The position numbers were made by a program, and so were the translations under genes. From assembly GCA_050309605.1 (NCBI GenBank), contig JBNRMN010000082.1:1-64000 (forward strand): DNA of 64,000 nt, read 5' to 3'. Under the pieces are notes generated by a model, which saw nothing but the letters and a program-made list of their open reading frames with translations, did no database searches and was not told where the DNA came from. The first letter of the stretch is position 1; each line of letters starts with the position of its first letter. Shown here piece after piece: positions 28,230 to 37,657 of this stretch. The stretch is from Anaerohalosphaeraceae bacterium. Its GTDB lineage: Bacteria; Planctomycetota; Phycisphaerae; Sedimentisphaerales; Anaerohalosphaeraceae.

Positions 28230-29573
28230 TCAGACGTGCTGAAACAGTTCGTTATAGACTTTCACACATTTCTGCGCCGCACCGGACCAGCGAAGCCGAC
28301 GTACTTCAAAATTACCGTGTTCCCGCAGTGTCAACTGAAGCGGCGGGTACTTCAATACGGCGATGATTTTGTTGGCCATCTCGGTGACATCCCAGAAATC
28401 CACCTTCAGCACGTGCGTCAGGACCTCCGCAACGCCGCTTTGCTTGCTGATCAGAACCGGCACATCATAGTTCAATGCCTCCAGCGGGGCGATGCCGAAC
28501 GGCTCGGAAACAGACGGCATCACGTACAAATCGGACATCTGATAGACCTGCTGAACATCTTTGCCGCGAAGAAAGCCGGTAAACAGCACTTTATGGCCGA
28601 TGCCCATCTGAGCGGCCATCTCGATGATTCGGTGCATCATATCGCCGGTGCCGGCCATCACGAACTTGACATTCTCGATTTCTTCAAGCACTTTTCGAGC
28701 CGCCATCAGGAAATATTCAGGTCCTTTTTGCATGGTGATGCGGCCCAGGAAAAGTACGATTTTTTCATCGCTTCGAATACCGATTTTGTTGAACGCGGTG
28801 CGATTGTCATTATTTTGCTCGACGCCGTTATACACCACCTCGACTTTGTCGCCGAGCACGCCATAACGGCTGATGATAATGTTGCGCGTCAGATAGCTGA
28901 CGGCGATGACCTTGCGTGCCGCGTGCATACCGCGACGTTCAATATCGTAAATCATCTGGTTGACATGCTCGCCGCTGCGGTCAAATTCGGTTGAATGCAC
29001 GTGAACCACCAGCGGCTTGCCTGTGACAGCGGCCACGGCGATGCCGGCCGGGAACGTCATCCAGTCATGCGCATGAATCACATCAAACTCTTCCTGCAAC
29101 GCCAAACGTGCGGCCGCGGCGGCATAACGATGGACTTCCGTGTACATATCGCCGCTGTATTGACCGGCGCCGATCGATTCATGGGCCAGGTTTTCCCATT
29201 GCTGAAGCGCCAAGGCCCGTTCGCTGTCCGAAAAACCGCCTTCTTCGTTCTTTTGCTGAATGATTTCTTTGATCTTCTGCTGATAGTACTCCGGCGTTGT
29301 GTAGGGCTGCATCGACGAGGCGATCGAGTGGAACGTGACATGCTCCAGGCCGACCATGGTACCGGCGTCCGATTTCGATGTCTCAAAATCGCGAATCTGA
29401 GACGGGCTGAGCATTTTGACGTGTGAGGCCTGGGGCGATTCAATCGGCTTGGGCAATACAAAGACAATGTCCTGTCCCAATTCACTCAAAGCCCGCGTCA
29501 ACCCATGACAGGCTGTCCCCAGACCTCCGCTGATATACGGCGGAAATTCCCAGCCAAGCATGAAGATTCTCAT
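28230..29573 (-). CDS. Glycosyltransferase family 4, putative glycogen synthase
   Basis: LGWEFPP..GGLG, HAHDW, HSTEFDR, PSVSEPFGIAPLEA; clustered with GH57 and the debranching enzyme. Confidence 0.85.
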   Translation of the reverse strand: MRIFMLGWEFPPYISGGLGTACHGLTRALSELGQDIVFVLPKPIESPQASHVKMLSPSQIRDFETSKSDAGTMVGLEHVTFHSIASSMQPYTTPEYYQQKIKEIIQQKNEEGGFSDSERALALQQWENLAHESIGAGQYSGDMYTEVHRYAAAAARLALQEEFDVIHAHDWMTFPAGIAVAAVTGKPLVVHVHSTEFDRSGEHVNQMIYDIERRGMHAARKVIAVSYLTRNIIISRYGVLGDKVEVVYNGVEQNNDNRTAFNKIGIRSDEKIVLFLGRITMQKGPEYFLMAARKVLEEIENVKFVMAGTGDMMHRIIEMAAQMGIGHKVLFTGFLRGKDVQQVYQMSDLYVMPSVSEPFGIAPLEALNYDVPVLISKQSGVAEVLTHVLKVDFWDVTEMANKIIAVLKYPPLQLTLREHGNFEVRRLRWSGAAQKCVKVYNELFQHV

Positions 29574-29815
29574 AACCATACTCCGCAATAGTTGTGCGCC
29601 TTCACGTGTTTGGAACAGTTAAAATCCATTTCTCTGTCCGGCAGCAAAAGAGTTAAATTGTCTAAAAATTAAGACATCGCGAATATTATAATTGATGATT
29701 ATCGGGACGTCTATAGAATTATACAAAAAATGTTTCAATTTCGACGGCACGATTTATGGTGTCGAAACGGCGTGAGGCGTCATAAAGACCTACACCGATA
29801 CCGGACAAAAAATAA

Positions 29816-29888
29816 TGGGTGAGCTGGGACTCGAACCCAGGACCTACGGCTTAAAAGGCCGTTGCTCTGCCGGCTGAGCTACTCACCC
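29816..29888 (-). tRNA. tRNA-Lys(UUU)
   Basis: GGGTGAG/CTCACCC acceptor stem, ACGGC-CTTTTAA-GCCGT anticodon arm, TTCGA T-loop; CCA not encoded. Confidence 0.96.
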
Positions 29889-29936
29889 TTATTCTAAAGA
29901 GAGCTATGAGGTCGTTTTATGTCAAATAACAGAAAT

Positions 29937-29963
29937 AAAAAAAGCCGGAAGACCCATTCCGAC
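29937..29963 (-). terminator. Intrinsic terminator downstream of the GH2 gene
   Basis: Minus strand GTCGGAA-TGGGTC-TTCCGGC followed by T7. Confidence 0.55.
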
Positions 29964-30104
29964 AAATTTTCGCTTACCCTACACAAAACAGGTCAGCATT
30001 GCAAGAAAATTTAAGGGAAAATTAAGATTATAGCATCTTTTCAGGAATTTTTTCTATCCGATTCTTTATTATCTGTCATTGTCCCAAAGTTTGCCGATGT
30101 TGGG

Positions 30105-33100
30105 CTAATCGAACAGCAGATTGATATTGGCCGCCGAGGTGTGCGGATCGCCTTCGAAACCGCCGAGCGAAACCAGGCGCACAAAACGGCCCATTCGCGG
30201 CATATCAAATCGTATCGTTTGAAGGGCGGCATTATTTTCAAACCTTCCCTTGGCTGCCGGCAGGCCCCACGCGGCCGGGTCGGTACTGACATACACTTCG
30301 TACTCGGCGATCCGACCGTTTGAGTTGCCGTCCTGCCGCGGCAGGTAAGTCAAACCGGTAAGTGACACTGGCCGGCTCAGCTCAATTTGGATTTGATGAG
30401 GACGCGGCGTTGTCTGAGGCGACCAGCGCGTATGCCACATGGTGGTCGGATCGCCGTCGATGGCTTTCTGACCTTCATAGCCGGACTGATCACTGCTGGT
30501 GTAGATGACTTTGGCGTTGAGCTTTTCCAGCAGTGTCAGCTCTCGGAACAGACCGTTGACCGCTTCGACGCTTAGCTTTGTTGTAGGACGAAAGTCTGCT
30601 GAGTCCATATAGTTCAGCAGGCTGCGGCGAAGTTGCCCGGCGACAGGGCGGTTTTCAAGGTCACTGTCAATGTCCATACTGCACACCAGCAGTTTTCCGT
30701 TTTCGACTGCGGCCTCGAAGATCAATCCCAGGCTGCGGCACAGATTCCAGTCGTCGATCACCCTTACCAGCGGCTCAATATCAATGCCCAGGTCATTTAG
30801 CACGATCGGTTTGGAATGATCCAGCAACTCCCACCACTGCCAGTTGCTGTGAAAATCCGTCGGGAAATTTCTGAAGGCCGGGTGTCTCGGATCGCACAAA
30901 ATACCCATTGTATGCTCTTTCTGGGTCGGAAAGGTGATGCGGTTCCAGAAAATCGGGCGAAATGTCCCCAGGGTGTCGCTTTTTAGACGATTGGCCGGAG
31001 GCGTCAGCAGCACGGTGCCGCCGTCTGTGAGTATTGCGACGGCCTTTTCATCAAGCTGCTCAGCCTGATGAACCGATGCCGGCGCCGGGGGTGTCTTGTG
31101 TGCTGGATAGACCCAAAACTCCCAGTCATTGGTGATATCGGTCTCTTTCAGCGCAATTTCGAGAATCAGCTTTTGCGGCTGTGTGAACCGTTCCAGCGGC
31201 AAGCGAATTGCTCCCAGTGTCGTCAGACCGCCGGTGGGAGTCGTTTTTTGCGGCAATCTGCCGGAGGCCTTGACCCGCCCGGCCTGATCGCGCACCGTCC
31301 AGAATCCTTCGGCGTTGATCGCGGTCGGGCCGTAATGTGCCACATCGACGGTGGCCTCAAATATCTCGGAGCTGTAAAACGTTTTCTTGTTCATACGTGC
31401 CAGCGGAACGGTTGGGCCGCAGAACCGGCTGAACGCTTCGGCCGATACATAGCCTTTGGGTTCCCAGAAACAGTCCAGCACGCCGACCGGAGCGGTGCCC
31501 TGGCCGGGAAAATCATGCAGATCCAGTAATTGAAAGCCGCCGAATCCCGGCGTGCGCAGAGCGGCCTCGATTTCCTGCTTGTAAAGACGCACCTGAAACA
31601 TCCCGGAAGCCATGAAGAAATCGTGACCCAGGTGCAGCAAACCGGCTTGATTGAGCATATCGCGGGCAATTTCGATGTTGCCGCCGCGCAGGACGCCGTC
31701 GTATTTGAACCGCTCGGCCGGATTGGGATATACACACCATTGGCCGATCTCGTGGCTGATGACGGGGACATCATAACGGTTCACATGATCGCGGTAGTCC
31801 GTGGCGGTCTGCGGGCGTTCGTTTAGCCGCAGTGTCGGATATTGCTGAAGGCGTGGATATTGCATCACGTGAAATTCGTTGGCCCCAATGGCCGGCCAGC
31901 CGGAGCCGCCGGTATAATATCGACGGCTGTCCTGGTCCGACCAGGTTTGAATCAAGCGGGCCAGAAAGGTATCGCGCGTCTCGCCATGCGGGTGCGGTTC
32001 ATTGGCCGGCGCCATCAAAATAAATGACGGATGGTTACCGTAGGCCTTGAGCATCCGGTCGCCTTCCTCATAAATCCAGGTATCCACCGGTGTGCCCTGT
32101 CCCACACGCGGCCATGTGGAGGCCTCGGCTTGAATGAACACCCCCATTTCGTCAGCGGCCTCAAAAGCGGCTTTCGGTGGACACCACGAATGAAACCGCA
32201 GATGGTTCAGCCCATGCGCCTGAATAATGCGCATGATGCGTTTCCAGGACACCGTGTCCATCGGCGGATAACCAGTCTTGGGAAAGATAGCACATTCGAG
32301 TGTGCCGCGTAAAAAGAGGCGCCGTCCGTTGATAGTAAATTGTGTGCCATCCTGACCCAATTGGCGCATTCCGAAGGTCACCGTATGCTCAATGGGTTCC
32401 GGTTGGCCATTGGGAGCAAAGGTTAAAGTCAGTCGGTACAGAGCCGGCGAGAATTCGTCCCAAAGCTGAACGTCCCGGCCCATGGCATACTCGATCTCAA
32501 ACCGTCGCTTATCAGGGGGTAATTTCAGCGGTACGGTTTGCTCCGGTACGCGGTGCGTCGCGGGGCTGTTAAAACTTTCCGCACGCAGCTTCAGCATTCC
32601 CTCAAGGGGTTCGGAGCAGGCCGTGCCCAGCGCAGCCGAAATTGTTATTGTCCGGGCTTTCACATCAGGATAGACCTGCACATCCGAAAACCAAATCGCC
32701 GGATTCTGCGCAAGCAGGCCAATGTCGCCGATGATGCCGTTCCAGTTGGTTTGTGTCTGGTCAGAGACGCTGTGGGCGTCATTCCCAACCGGAACCAGCA
32801 CGCGATTGTCCACACGTATCGTCAGCCGGTGTCGGCCGGGACTGAGCATGTCCGTCAGGACATATTCATGGGGCGTGCCGAGGCTGTTCTGTGTTCCGAC
32901 GAGGGTATCGTTGACCCATACGGTTGTCTGCCAGTGCGGCCGTTCCAGGTGGAGAACAACCCGACTTCCCTTCCAGTCCTGGGGGATTGTTACCGACCGC
33001 TGATACCATGCCGGGCCGACATAATGTCGTTTTGGGGTCAGCCAGAAGGGGGACAAAAACTCCTCGGCCTGTATATACGAAGCGAACCGCTCATCGCCCA

Positions 33101-33362
33101 GAAGCCGAAAACCGATATCGGATGTCCATTCCGTATGCTGTGAAGGCGTATTGCCAAATCCCTGCTCCTGGAGCGAGCCGGGCAGTTGGATCAAATCCTC
33201 CGTGTCCAGGTCCCCGGCAAACCAGCGATGTGCAATCCCCCGGTCGTCCGGATCCAAAGCAAACCGCCACGCACCCTCCAACGGCAGCGTCTGTCCGCTC
33301 TGTACCGAGCCGCAACACAGAAGCGAACTTAAAACAATGGCCGGGACGATCAATTTTCTCAT
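30105..33362 (-). CDS. Secreted glycoside hydrolase family 2-like protein with C-terminal F5/8 type C (CBM32) domain
   Basis: Signal peptide; W.F..D, GPAWYQR, LERPHW, FLRGTLECAIFP, RFHSWCPP, NHPSF..NE, SHEIGQW; C-terminal AIDGDPTTMWHT..YLPRQDG. Confidence 0.85.
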   Translation of the reverse strand: MRKLIVPAIVLSSLLCCGSVQSGQTLPLEGAWRFALDPDDRGIAHRWFAGDLDTEDLIQLPGSLQEQGFGNTPSQHTEWTSDIGFRLLGDERFASYIQAEEFLSPFWLTPKRHYVGPAWYQRSVTIPQDWKGSRVVLHLERPHWQTTVWVNDTLVGTQNSLGTPHEYVLTDMLSPGRHRLTIRVDNRVLVPVGNDAHSVSDQTQTNWNGIIGDIGLLAQNPAIWFSDVQVYPDVKARTITISAALGTACSEPLEGMLKLRAESFNSPATHRVPEQTVPLKLPPDKRRFEIEYAMGRDVQLWDEFSPALYRLTLTFAPNGQPEPIEHTVTFGMRQLGQDGTQFTINGRRLFLRGTLECAIFPKTGYPPMDTVSWKRIMRIIQAHGLNHLRFHSWCPPKAAFEAADEMGVFIQAEASTWPRVGQGTPVDTWIYEEGDRMLKAYGNHPSFILMAPANEPHPHGETRDTFLARLIQTWSDQDSRRYYTGGSGWPAIGANEFHVMQYPRLQQYPTLRLNERPQTATDYRDHVNRYDVPVISHEIGQWCVYPNPAERFKYDGVLRGGNIEIARDMLNQAGLLHLGHDFFMASGMFQVRLYKQEIEAALRTPGFGGFQLLDLHDFPGQGTAPVGVLDCFWEPKGYVSAEAFSRFCGPTVPLARMNKKTFYSSEIFEATVDVAHYGPTAINAEGFWTVRDQAGRVKASGRLPQKTTPTGGLTTLGAIRLPLERFTQPQKLILEIALKETDITNDWEFWVYPAHKTPPAPASVHQAEQLDEKAVAILTDGGTVLLTPPANRLKSDTLGTFRPIFWNRITFPTQKEHTMGILCDPRHPAFRNFPTDFHSNWQWWELLDHSKPIVLNDLGIDIEPLVRVIDDWNLCRSLGLIFEAAVENGKLLVCSMDIDSDLENRPVAGQLRRSLLNYMDSADFRPTTKLSVEAVNGLFRELTLLEKLNAKVIYTSSDQSGYEGQKAIDGDPTTMWHTRWSPQTTPRPHQIQIELSRPVSLTGLTYLPRQDGNSNGRIAEYEVYVSTDPAAWGLPAAKGRFENNAALQTIRFDMPRMGRFVRLVSLGGFEGDPHTSAANINLLFD

Positions 33363-33385
33363 CTCAATAAGCCTGAATTCCAACT

Positions 33386-34729
33386 CTATTTGATCAGCGC
33401 GATAATTTTATCGAGATCATTGGCCGCGTGCATTGGCGGATTACTGAACGGACGCTGCATTTGACTGTGATAATCAACCGTGGCATTGGGGTCTTTGAGC
33501 GGATGGCCGGTCAGGACGCACGCGATGCGCTGGTCTGTGCCGACAGTTCCCTCGGCCAGCAAATGTTTCAGTCCCGCGATGGTTGCCGCCGAAGCCGGCT
33601 CACACCCCAGGCCGGTTTTTCCGATCTGGGCCTTGGCGTCGAGAATCTCTTCGTCCGTAACCGCCAAAACCACACCATTGCAGATCTCCAGCGCTCGCAG
33701 GCACTTTTTCAGATTGACCGGTCGAGAAATTTCAATCGCCGAGGCAATCGTGTGCGGCCGGTATCCCGTCGCGTCTAAATGGTCAAAGTAAGCCTTGATC
33801 GCGGCGTCATCGGTATGCCCGCCGTTCCAGCGGAGTTTTTTGTCGTTGTACAATTCGGTCAGCGTATTGGCGCCGACGGCGTTAATCACCGCCAGACGCG
33901 GTACACGATCAATCAAGCCCAGTGTCTGAAGCTCCATGAAGGCCTTGCCAAAGGCGCTGCTGTTGCCCAGATTGCCGCCGGGAACGATAATCCAGTCCGG
34001 CACTTCCCAACCGAGCTGCTCAATGATGCGGTACATAATCGTTTTTTGACCTTCCAGCCGGAACGGATTGAGCGAGTTGACCAGATAAATCTTCAATTGA
34101 CGGCACACGTCCTGTACCTGGCGCATGCAGTCATCGAAATCGCCCTCAATTTGGATCGTCTGCGCACCATAGTCCATCGCCTGGCTTAATTTACCGAAGG
34201 CGATCTTGCCCTGACCGATGAAGACCGTGGCCTTCAGCCCGCCGCTATGAGCGTATAACGCCATCGATGCCGAGGTGTTGCCGGTTGAGGCGCACGCACT
34301 GGCCGTTGCGCCGACCATTCGGGCATGGCTGAACGCGGCGGTCATGCCGTTGTCCTTAAACGACCCTGACGGATTCATGCCCTCGTACTGCAGGAACAGG
34401 CCGTCCGGATGCATCCCCAATTCAGTCGCCAGGACGCCATTTTGCTGCAAGAGCGTCTGTCCTTCGCCAATGCTGACTTTGCATGAATCCGGGCAAAAAT
34501 CCAGCAATTCCCGAAACCGCCACACCCCGGAAAAATCCAGCCGTTCATTTCGCTTCGCCCATCGTCCGGCAAAGTCGGCCAGCGTTTTCGGCAGGGCGAT
34601 TGTGTTCCAGTCGTAACAGATATCCAGCAAATCGCCGCAGGCCGGGCATTTAAACAAGACCTCCTCGCAGCCAAACGTGGCCGAACATTTCGGGTTGATG
34701 CATTTCTGATAGGCAGGGGGGGTGTCCAT
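33386..34729 (-). CDS. thrC: Threonine synthase
   Basis: [56 protein letters not shown]. Confidence 0.93.
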   Translation of the reverse strand: MDTPPAYQKCINPKCSATFGCEEVLFKCPACGDLLDICYDWNTIALPKTLADFAGRWAKRNERLDFSGVWRFRELLDFCPDSCKVSIGEGQTLLQQNGVLATELGMHPDGLFLQYEGMNPSGSFKDNGMTAAFSHARMVGATASACASTGNTSASMALYAHSGGLKATVFIGQGKIAFGKLSQAMDYGAQTIQIEGDFDDCMRQVQDVCRQLKIYLVNSLNPFRLEGQKTIMYRIIEQLGWEVPDWIIVPGGNLGNSSAFGKAFMELQTLGLIDRVPRLAVINAVGANTLTELYNDKKLRWNGGHTDDAAIKAYFDHLDATGYRPHTIASAIEISRPVNLKKCLRALEICNGVVLAVTDEEILDAKAQIGKTGLGCEPASAATIAGLKHLLAEGTVGTDQRIACVLTGHPLKDPNATVDYHSQMQRPFSNPPMHAANDLDKIIALIK

Positions 34730-34731
34730 TA

Positions 34732-35499
34732 TTATTCTCTGAATGTATTGTCAGCGTTCAGTTTTTCGATAACGGCGGGCAGTTCGGCGATTTTGTCGAT
34801 GCGGAATGCACCTTGCGGCAGCGGCTTGCCGATATTGGCATGCCCGCATTTCAGAACCGCGGTCATGCCCGCCGCCAGTGCACCGGTGATGTCTTTGTCA
34901 ATCAGATCTCCCACGAACATAATGTGTTGCGGCTCAACTTCGATTCGAGCAGCGGCCTCCTGAAAAATCCTGACATTCGGTTTTCGCCACGGGAACTCAT
35001 AGGAATACAGCCGTACCGGAAAGTATTGCAGCAGTCCTTCCTGCTCAAGATGGCGCTCCAGACTGCATTTATGGATGAATGTGTTGCTCAGGACGCCCAG
35101 TTTCAGCCCCATTCGGGTCAACCGGTCCAGTGCCTCCTGTGTCCCCGGCTCCACGGCGCCGGCTTCGGCCAGTTTTTCGTACCATCGCCAGTTTAACTCT
35201 TCCCATTGCTCGGGCGCCAGATCCAGTCCGTTTTTGGCGCCGTATGTCTTGAGCAGCTCGAGCGAATTGAAGTCATTGCCCGTCAGCCACGACCGCAGCA
35301 AATGCCAGCGTATGCCCCACAGATGCAGCAGCCGATAGACTCGAAACGAGCCTACCGGCTGATTGTGTTCCTGCAAATAGGCATACGAACGCCGCATCGC
35401 CTCGTCAAGCAGCCGTCCTTTGCTCAGCTTGCCGAAATGCAGCAGCGTATCGCCCAGATCAAACAAAATCGCTTCGATCCGTCGTGCAGCCAAATCCAT
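34732..35499 (-). CDS. HAD-superfamily hydrolase
   Basis: [27 protein letters not shown] coupling with the upstream gene. Confidence 0.88.
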   Translation of the reverse strand: MDLAARRIEAILFDLGDTLLHFGKLSKGRLLDEAMRRSYAYLQEHNQPVGSFRVYRLLHLWGIRWHLLRSWLTGNDFNSLELLKTYGAKNGLDLAPEQWEELNWRWYEKLAEAGAVEPGTQEALDRLTRMGLKLGVLSNTFIHKCSLERHLEQEGLLQYFPVRLYSYEFPWRKPNVRIFQEAAARIEVEPQHIMFVGDLIDKDITGALAAGMTAVLKCGHANIGKPLPQGAFRIDKIAELPAVIEKLNADNTFRE

Positions 35500-36833
35500 C
35501 ACCTCTTGGGGGGAAGCTTGTCTGCGAAGACCTCTTGGGTCCACGCTTCCATTTCGTCGTCGGAAATCGCCGACATCCGATCCGCGGCGTATTCCTGGTC
35601 AATTCGGTCTTTGATCGCAATGACGCGGGGGTCTTGCTTGGCAATGTCAATCTGATAGCGATCTTCGATCCAATGCTTGATGCCGGCTGCGCCGGTCTTG
35701 TCGGTAATTGCAACGCCGACCGGCCGCTTGAGCAGTTTGTACGTATCAAAGCAGTTGTAAATTTCTTCGTTTTTCAGCAGGCCGTCGGCGTGAATCCCCG
35801 CACGGGTGACATTAAAGTCCCGTCCGACCAGCGGATAGTTCGGCTGGATATTGAAGCCCAGCTCTTTGTTGGCGTATTGTGCCAGTTCGGTGATGGCCGC
35901 ATAATTGATGCGGCTGTCAGTCCCTTTGAGCTGGGCGTGTTCAACCACCAGAGCTTCAAGCGGGGGGTTGCCTGTTCGCTCGCCGACACCAAAGATCGCG
36001 CAGTTGGCCACGGCGCAGCCATACAGCCAGGCGGTGGCCGCACACACCTGCACCTTATGGAAATCATTGTGGCCGTGCCATTCCATCCATTCAGCCGGTA
36101 CCCCAATTTTTCGCAGCCCCGCGATCAGTTTCGGCAGCGACCGCGGTAGTTTGGCATTCGGATAAGGCACGCCAAAGCCCAGCGTATCGCACAGACGAAT
36201 CTTGACCGGCACCTTGTACTCTTGCGACAGTTCCATCAGCCGCGCCGCAAAAGGCAGCACAAACCCGTCATAGTCAGCCCGCGTGATGTCCTCAAAATGA
36301 CACCGCGGGTTAATGCCGCTGTCCAGCGCTGCCTTGACGATGTCCAGATACGACTGCATGGCCTGCGAACGGGTCTTTTTAAGCTTCAGGAAAATATGAT
36401 AATCGCTGGCACTGGTCAGAATACCGGTTTCCTTCAGACCCATTTGCGTGACATACTTAAAGTCCGACGGCGTGGCCCGAATCCAGCCGGTGATTTCCGG
36501 GAAATCATATCCGCGTTCCTGACACAGCCGGACCGCCTTGCGGTCACGGTCAGAGTACAGGAAAAACTCCGACTGGCGAATCAGGTCGGAGCCGCCGTTG
36601 ATTTCGTGGAAAAAATCAAAAATTTTCAACACCTGTTCCGGCGAATAAGGGGCACGGGCCTGCTGGCCGTCGCGGAAAGTGGTGTCTGTAATCCAAACTT
36701 TTTCGGGTATTTCCATCGGGACGGTCTGTTCTTCAAATTCCATCTTTGGGAATTCCGAATACGGAAAAACATCCCGATACAACTGGGGTTGCTGGACATC
36801 TTGAAGCTGAATCGATTTTAGATCCATACTCAC
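35499..36833 (-). CDS. DRE-TIM metallolyase, Re-citrate synthase-like
   Basis: ITDTTFRDGQQA, IRQSEFFLYS, ITGWIRA, SDYHIFLKL, CHFEDITRAD, EWHGHND, GIHADGLLKNEEIYN. Confidence 0.8.
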   Translation of the reverse strand: MSMDLKSIQLQDVQQPQLYRDVFPYSEFPKMEFEEQTVPMEIPEKVWITDTTFRDGQQARAPYSPEQVLKIFDFFHEINGGSDLIRQSEFFLYSDRDRKAVRLCQERGYDFPEITGWIRATPSDFKYVTQMGLKETGILTSASDYHIFLKLKKTRSQAMQSYLDIVKAALDSGINPRCHFEDITRADYDGFVLPFAARLMELSQEYKVPVKIRLCDTLGFGVPYPNAKLPRSLPKLIAGLRKIGVPAEWMEWHGHNDFHKVQVCAATAWLYGCAVANCAIFGVGERTGNPPLEALVVEHAQLKGTDSRINYAAITELAQYANKELGFNIQPNYPLVGRDFNVTRAGIHADGLLKNEEIYNCFDTYKLLKRPVGVAITDKTGAAGIKHWIEDRYQIDIAKQDPRVIAIKDRIDQEYAADRMSAISDDEMEAWTQEVFADKLPPKR

Positions 36834-36879
36834 CTCTCTATTAATGGGTTTTCACCTCTTGTTATCCGGAAACAACAGA

Positions 36880-36962
36880 TAGCCGAGGTGGGAGTCGAAC
36901 CCACACGCCCTTGCGGGCAGGGGATTTTAAGTCCCCAGCGTCTGCCATTCCGCCACTCGGCC
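36880..36962 (-). tRNA. tRNA-Leu(UAA)
   Basis: GGCCGAG/CTCGGCT acceptor stem, GGGGA-CTTAAAA-TCCCC anticodon arm, long variable arm GCCCGCAAGGGC, TTCGA; CCA not encoded. Confidence 0.96.
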
Positions 36963-37010
36963 AGATTTACGTGATAACACTGTTTCCGGTTCCGAAAATT
37001 CCAGAAGCGA

Positions 37011-37038
37011 ATTATAGAAACTCGCTTGTTTTTTTCAA
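37011..37038 (-). promoter_or_regulatory. sigma70-like promoter for tRNA-Leu and downstream genes
   Basis: TTGAAA-N16-TATAAT on the minus strand. Confidence 0.5.
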
Positions 37039-37137
37039 GAAAAACCTGTTCAGCAAAATTTTGTGTCTAATTTTTAGAAAAAAGGTGAATATTTGGTATA
37101 AAGGAAGTTTATGCTTATCGAACGGTGCTGTTGCTTT

Positions 37138-37650
37138 ATGAAACAAGACAAAGAAAAGCAGTTTTTTCGGCTTTTTATGCAGCATCAGCGGTCTATTTTT
37201 TGCTATATCTTGATGAACGTACGCAACGCCGATGATGCGCGAGATGTCATGCAGGATGCGGCGGTGATTATGTGGCAAAAATACACCATTGAAGACCAGG
37301 AAGAACGTTTTCTTGGTTGGAGCCTGGCCATTGCCCGCAATCTGATCAAACAATACTACCAGAAACTCAAACGGGATCACTTGATTTTTTGCGATGAGCT
37401 GCTGTCGGAAATTGAAGATCGCAGCCGCGCACAGATTGAATCCTATGAGGACTACGTCGCGGCCCTGCGCAAATGCCTTGCCCGACTGGATGCCCGGCAG
37501 CGTCAATTGCTGAGTTTGAAATATGAACGCGGGATGAAGGTCAAAGACATCTCTCGGCATGTTCAGCGCTCTACGGAAGCGATCTATAAAATCATTTCGC
37601 GGACGCAGGCGGCATTGCAGCGGTGTATCCTGAAATCGATGGCAGAGTAA
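37138..37650 (+). CDS. ECF sigma-70 factor (Rhodopirellula/Verrucomicrobium type)
   Basis: Region 2 HQRSIFCYI..DARDVMQD..W..FLGW..IARN; region 4 ALRKCLARL..LKYERG..IYKIISR..LQRCI. Confidence 0.9.
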   Translation: MKQDKEKQFFRLFMQHQRSIFCYILMNVRNADDARDVMQDAAVIMWQKYTIEDQEERFLGWSLAIARNLIKQYYQKLKRDHLIFCDELLSEIEDRSRAQIESYEDYVAALRKCLARLDARQRQLLSLKYERGMKVKDISRHVQRSTEAIYKIISRTQAALQRCILKSMAE

Positions 37651-37657
37651 TTCCGAG

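Noticed and set aside
35499..36833. leuA controlled by the adjacent tRNA-Leu
   Set aside because: The sequence signature fits Re-citrate synthase, there is no LeuA regulatory domain and no other leu genes.
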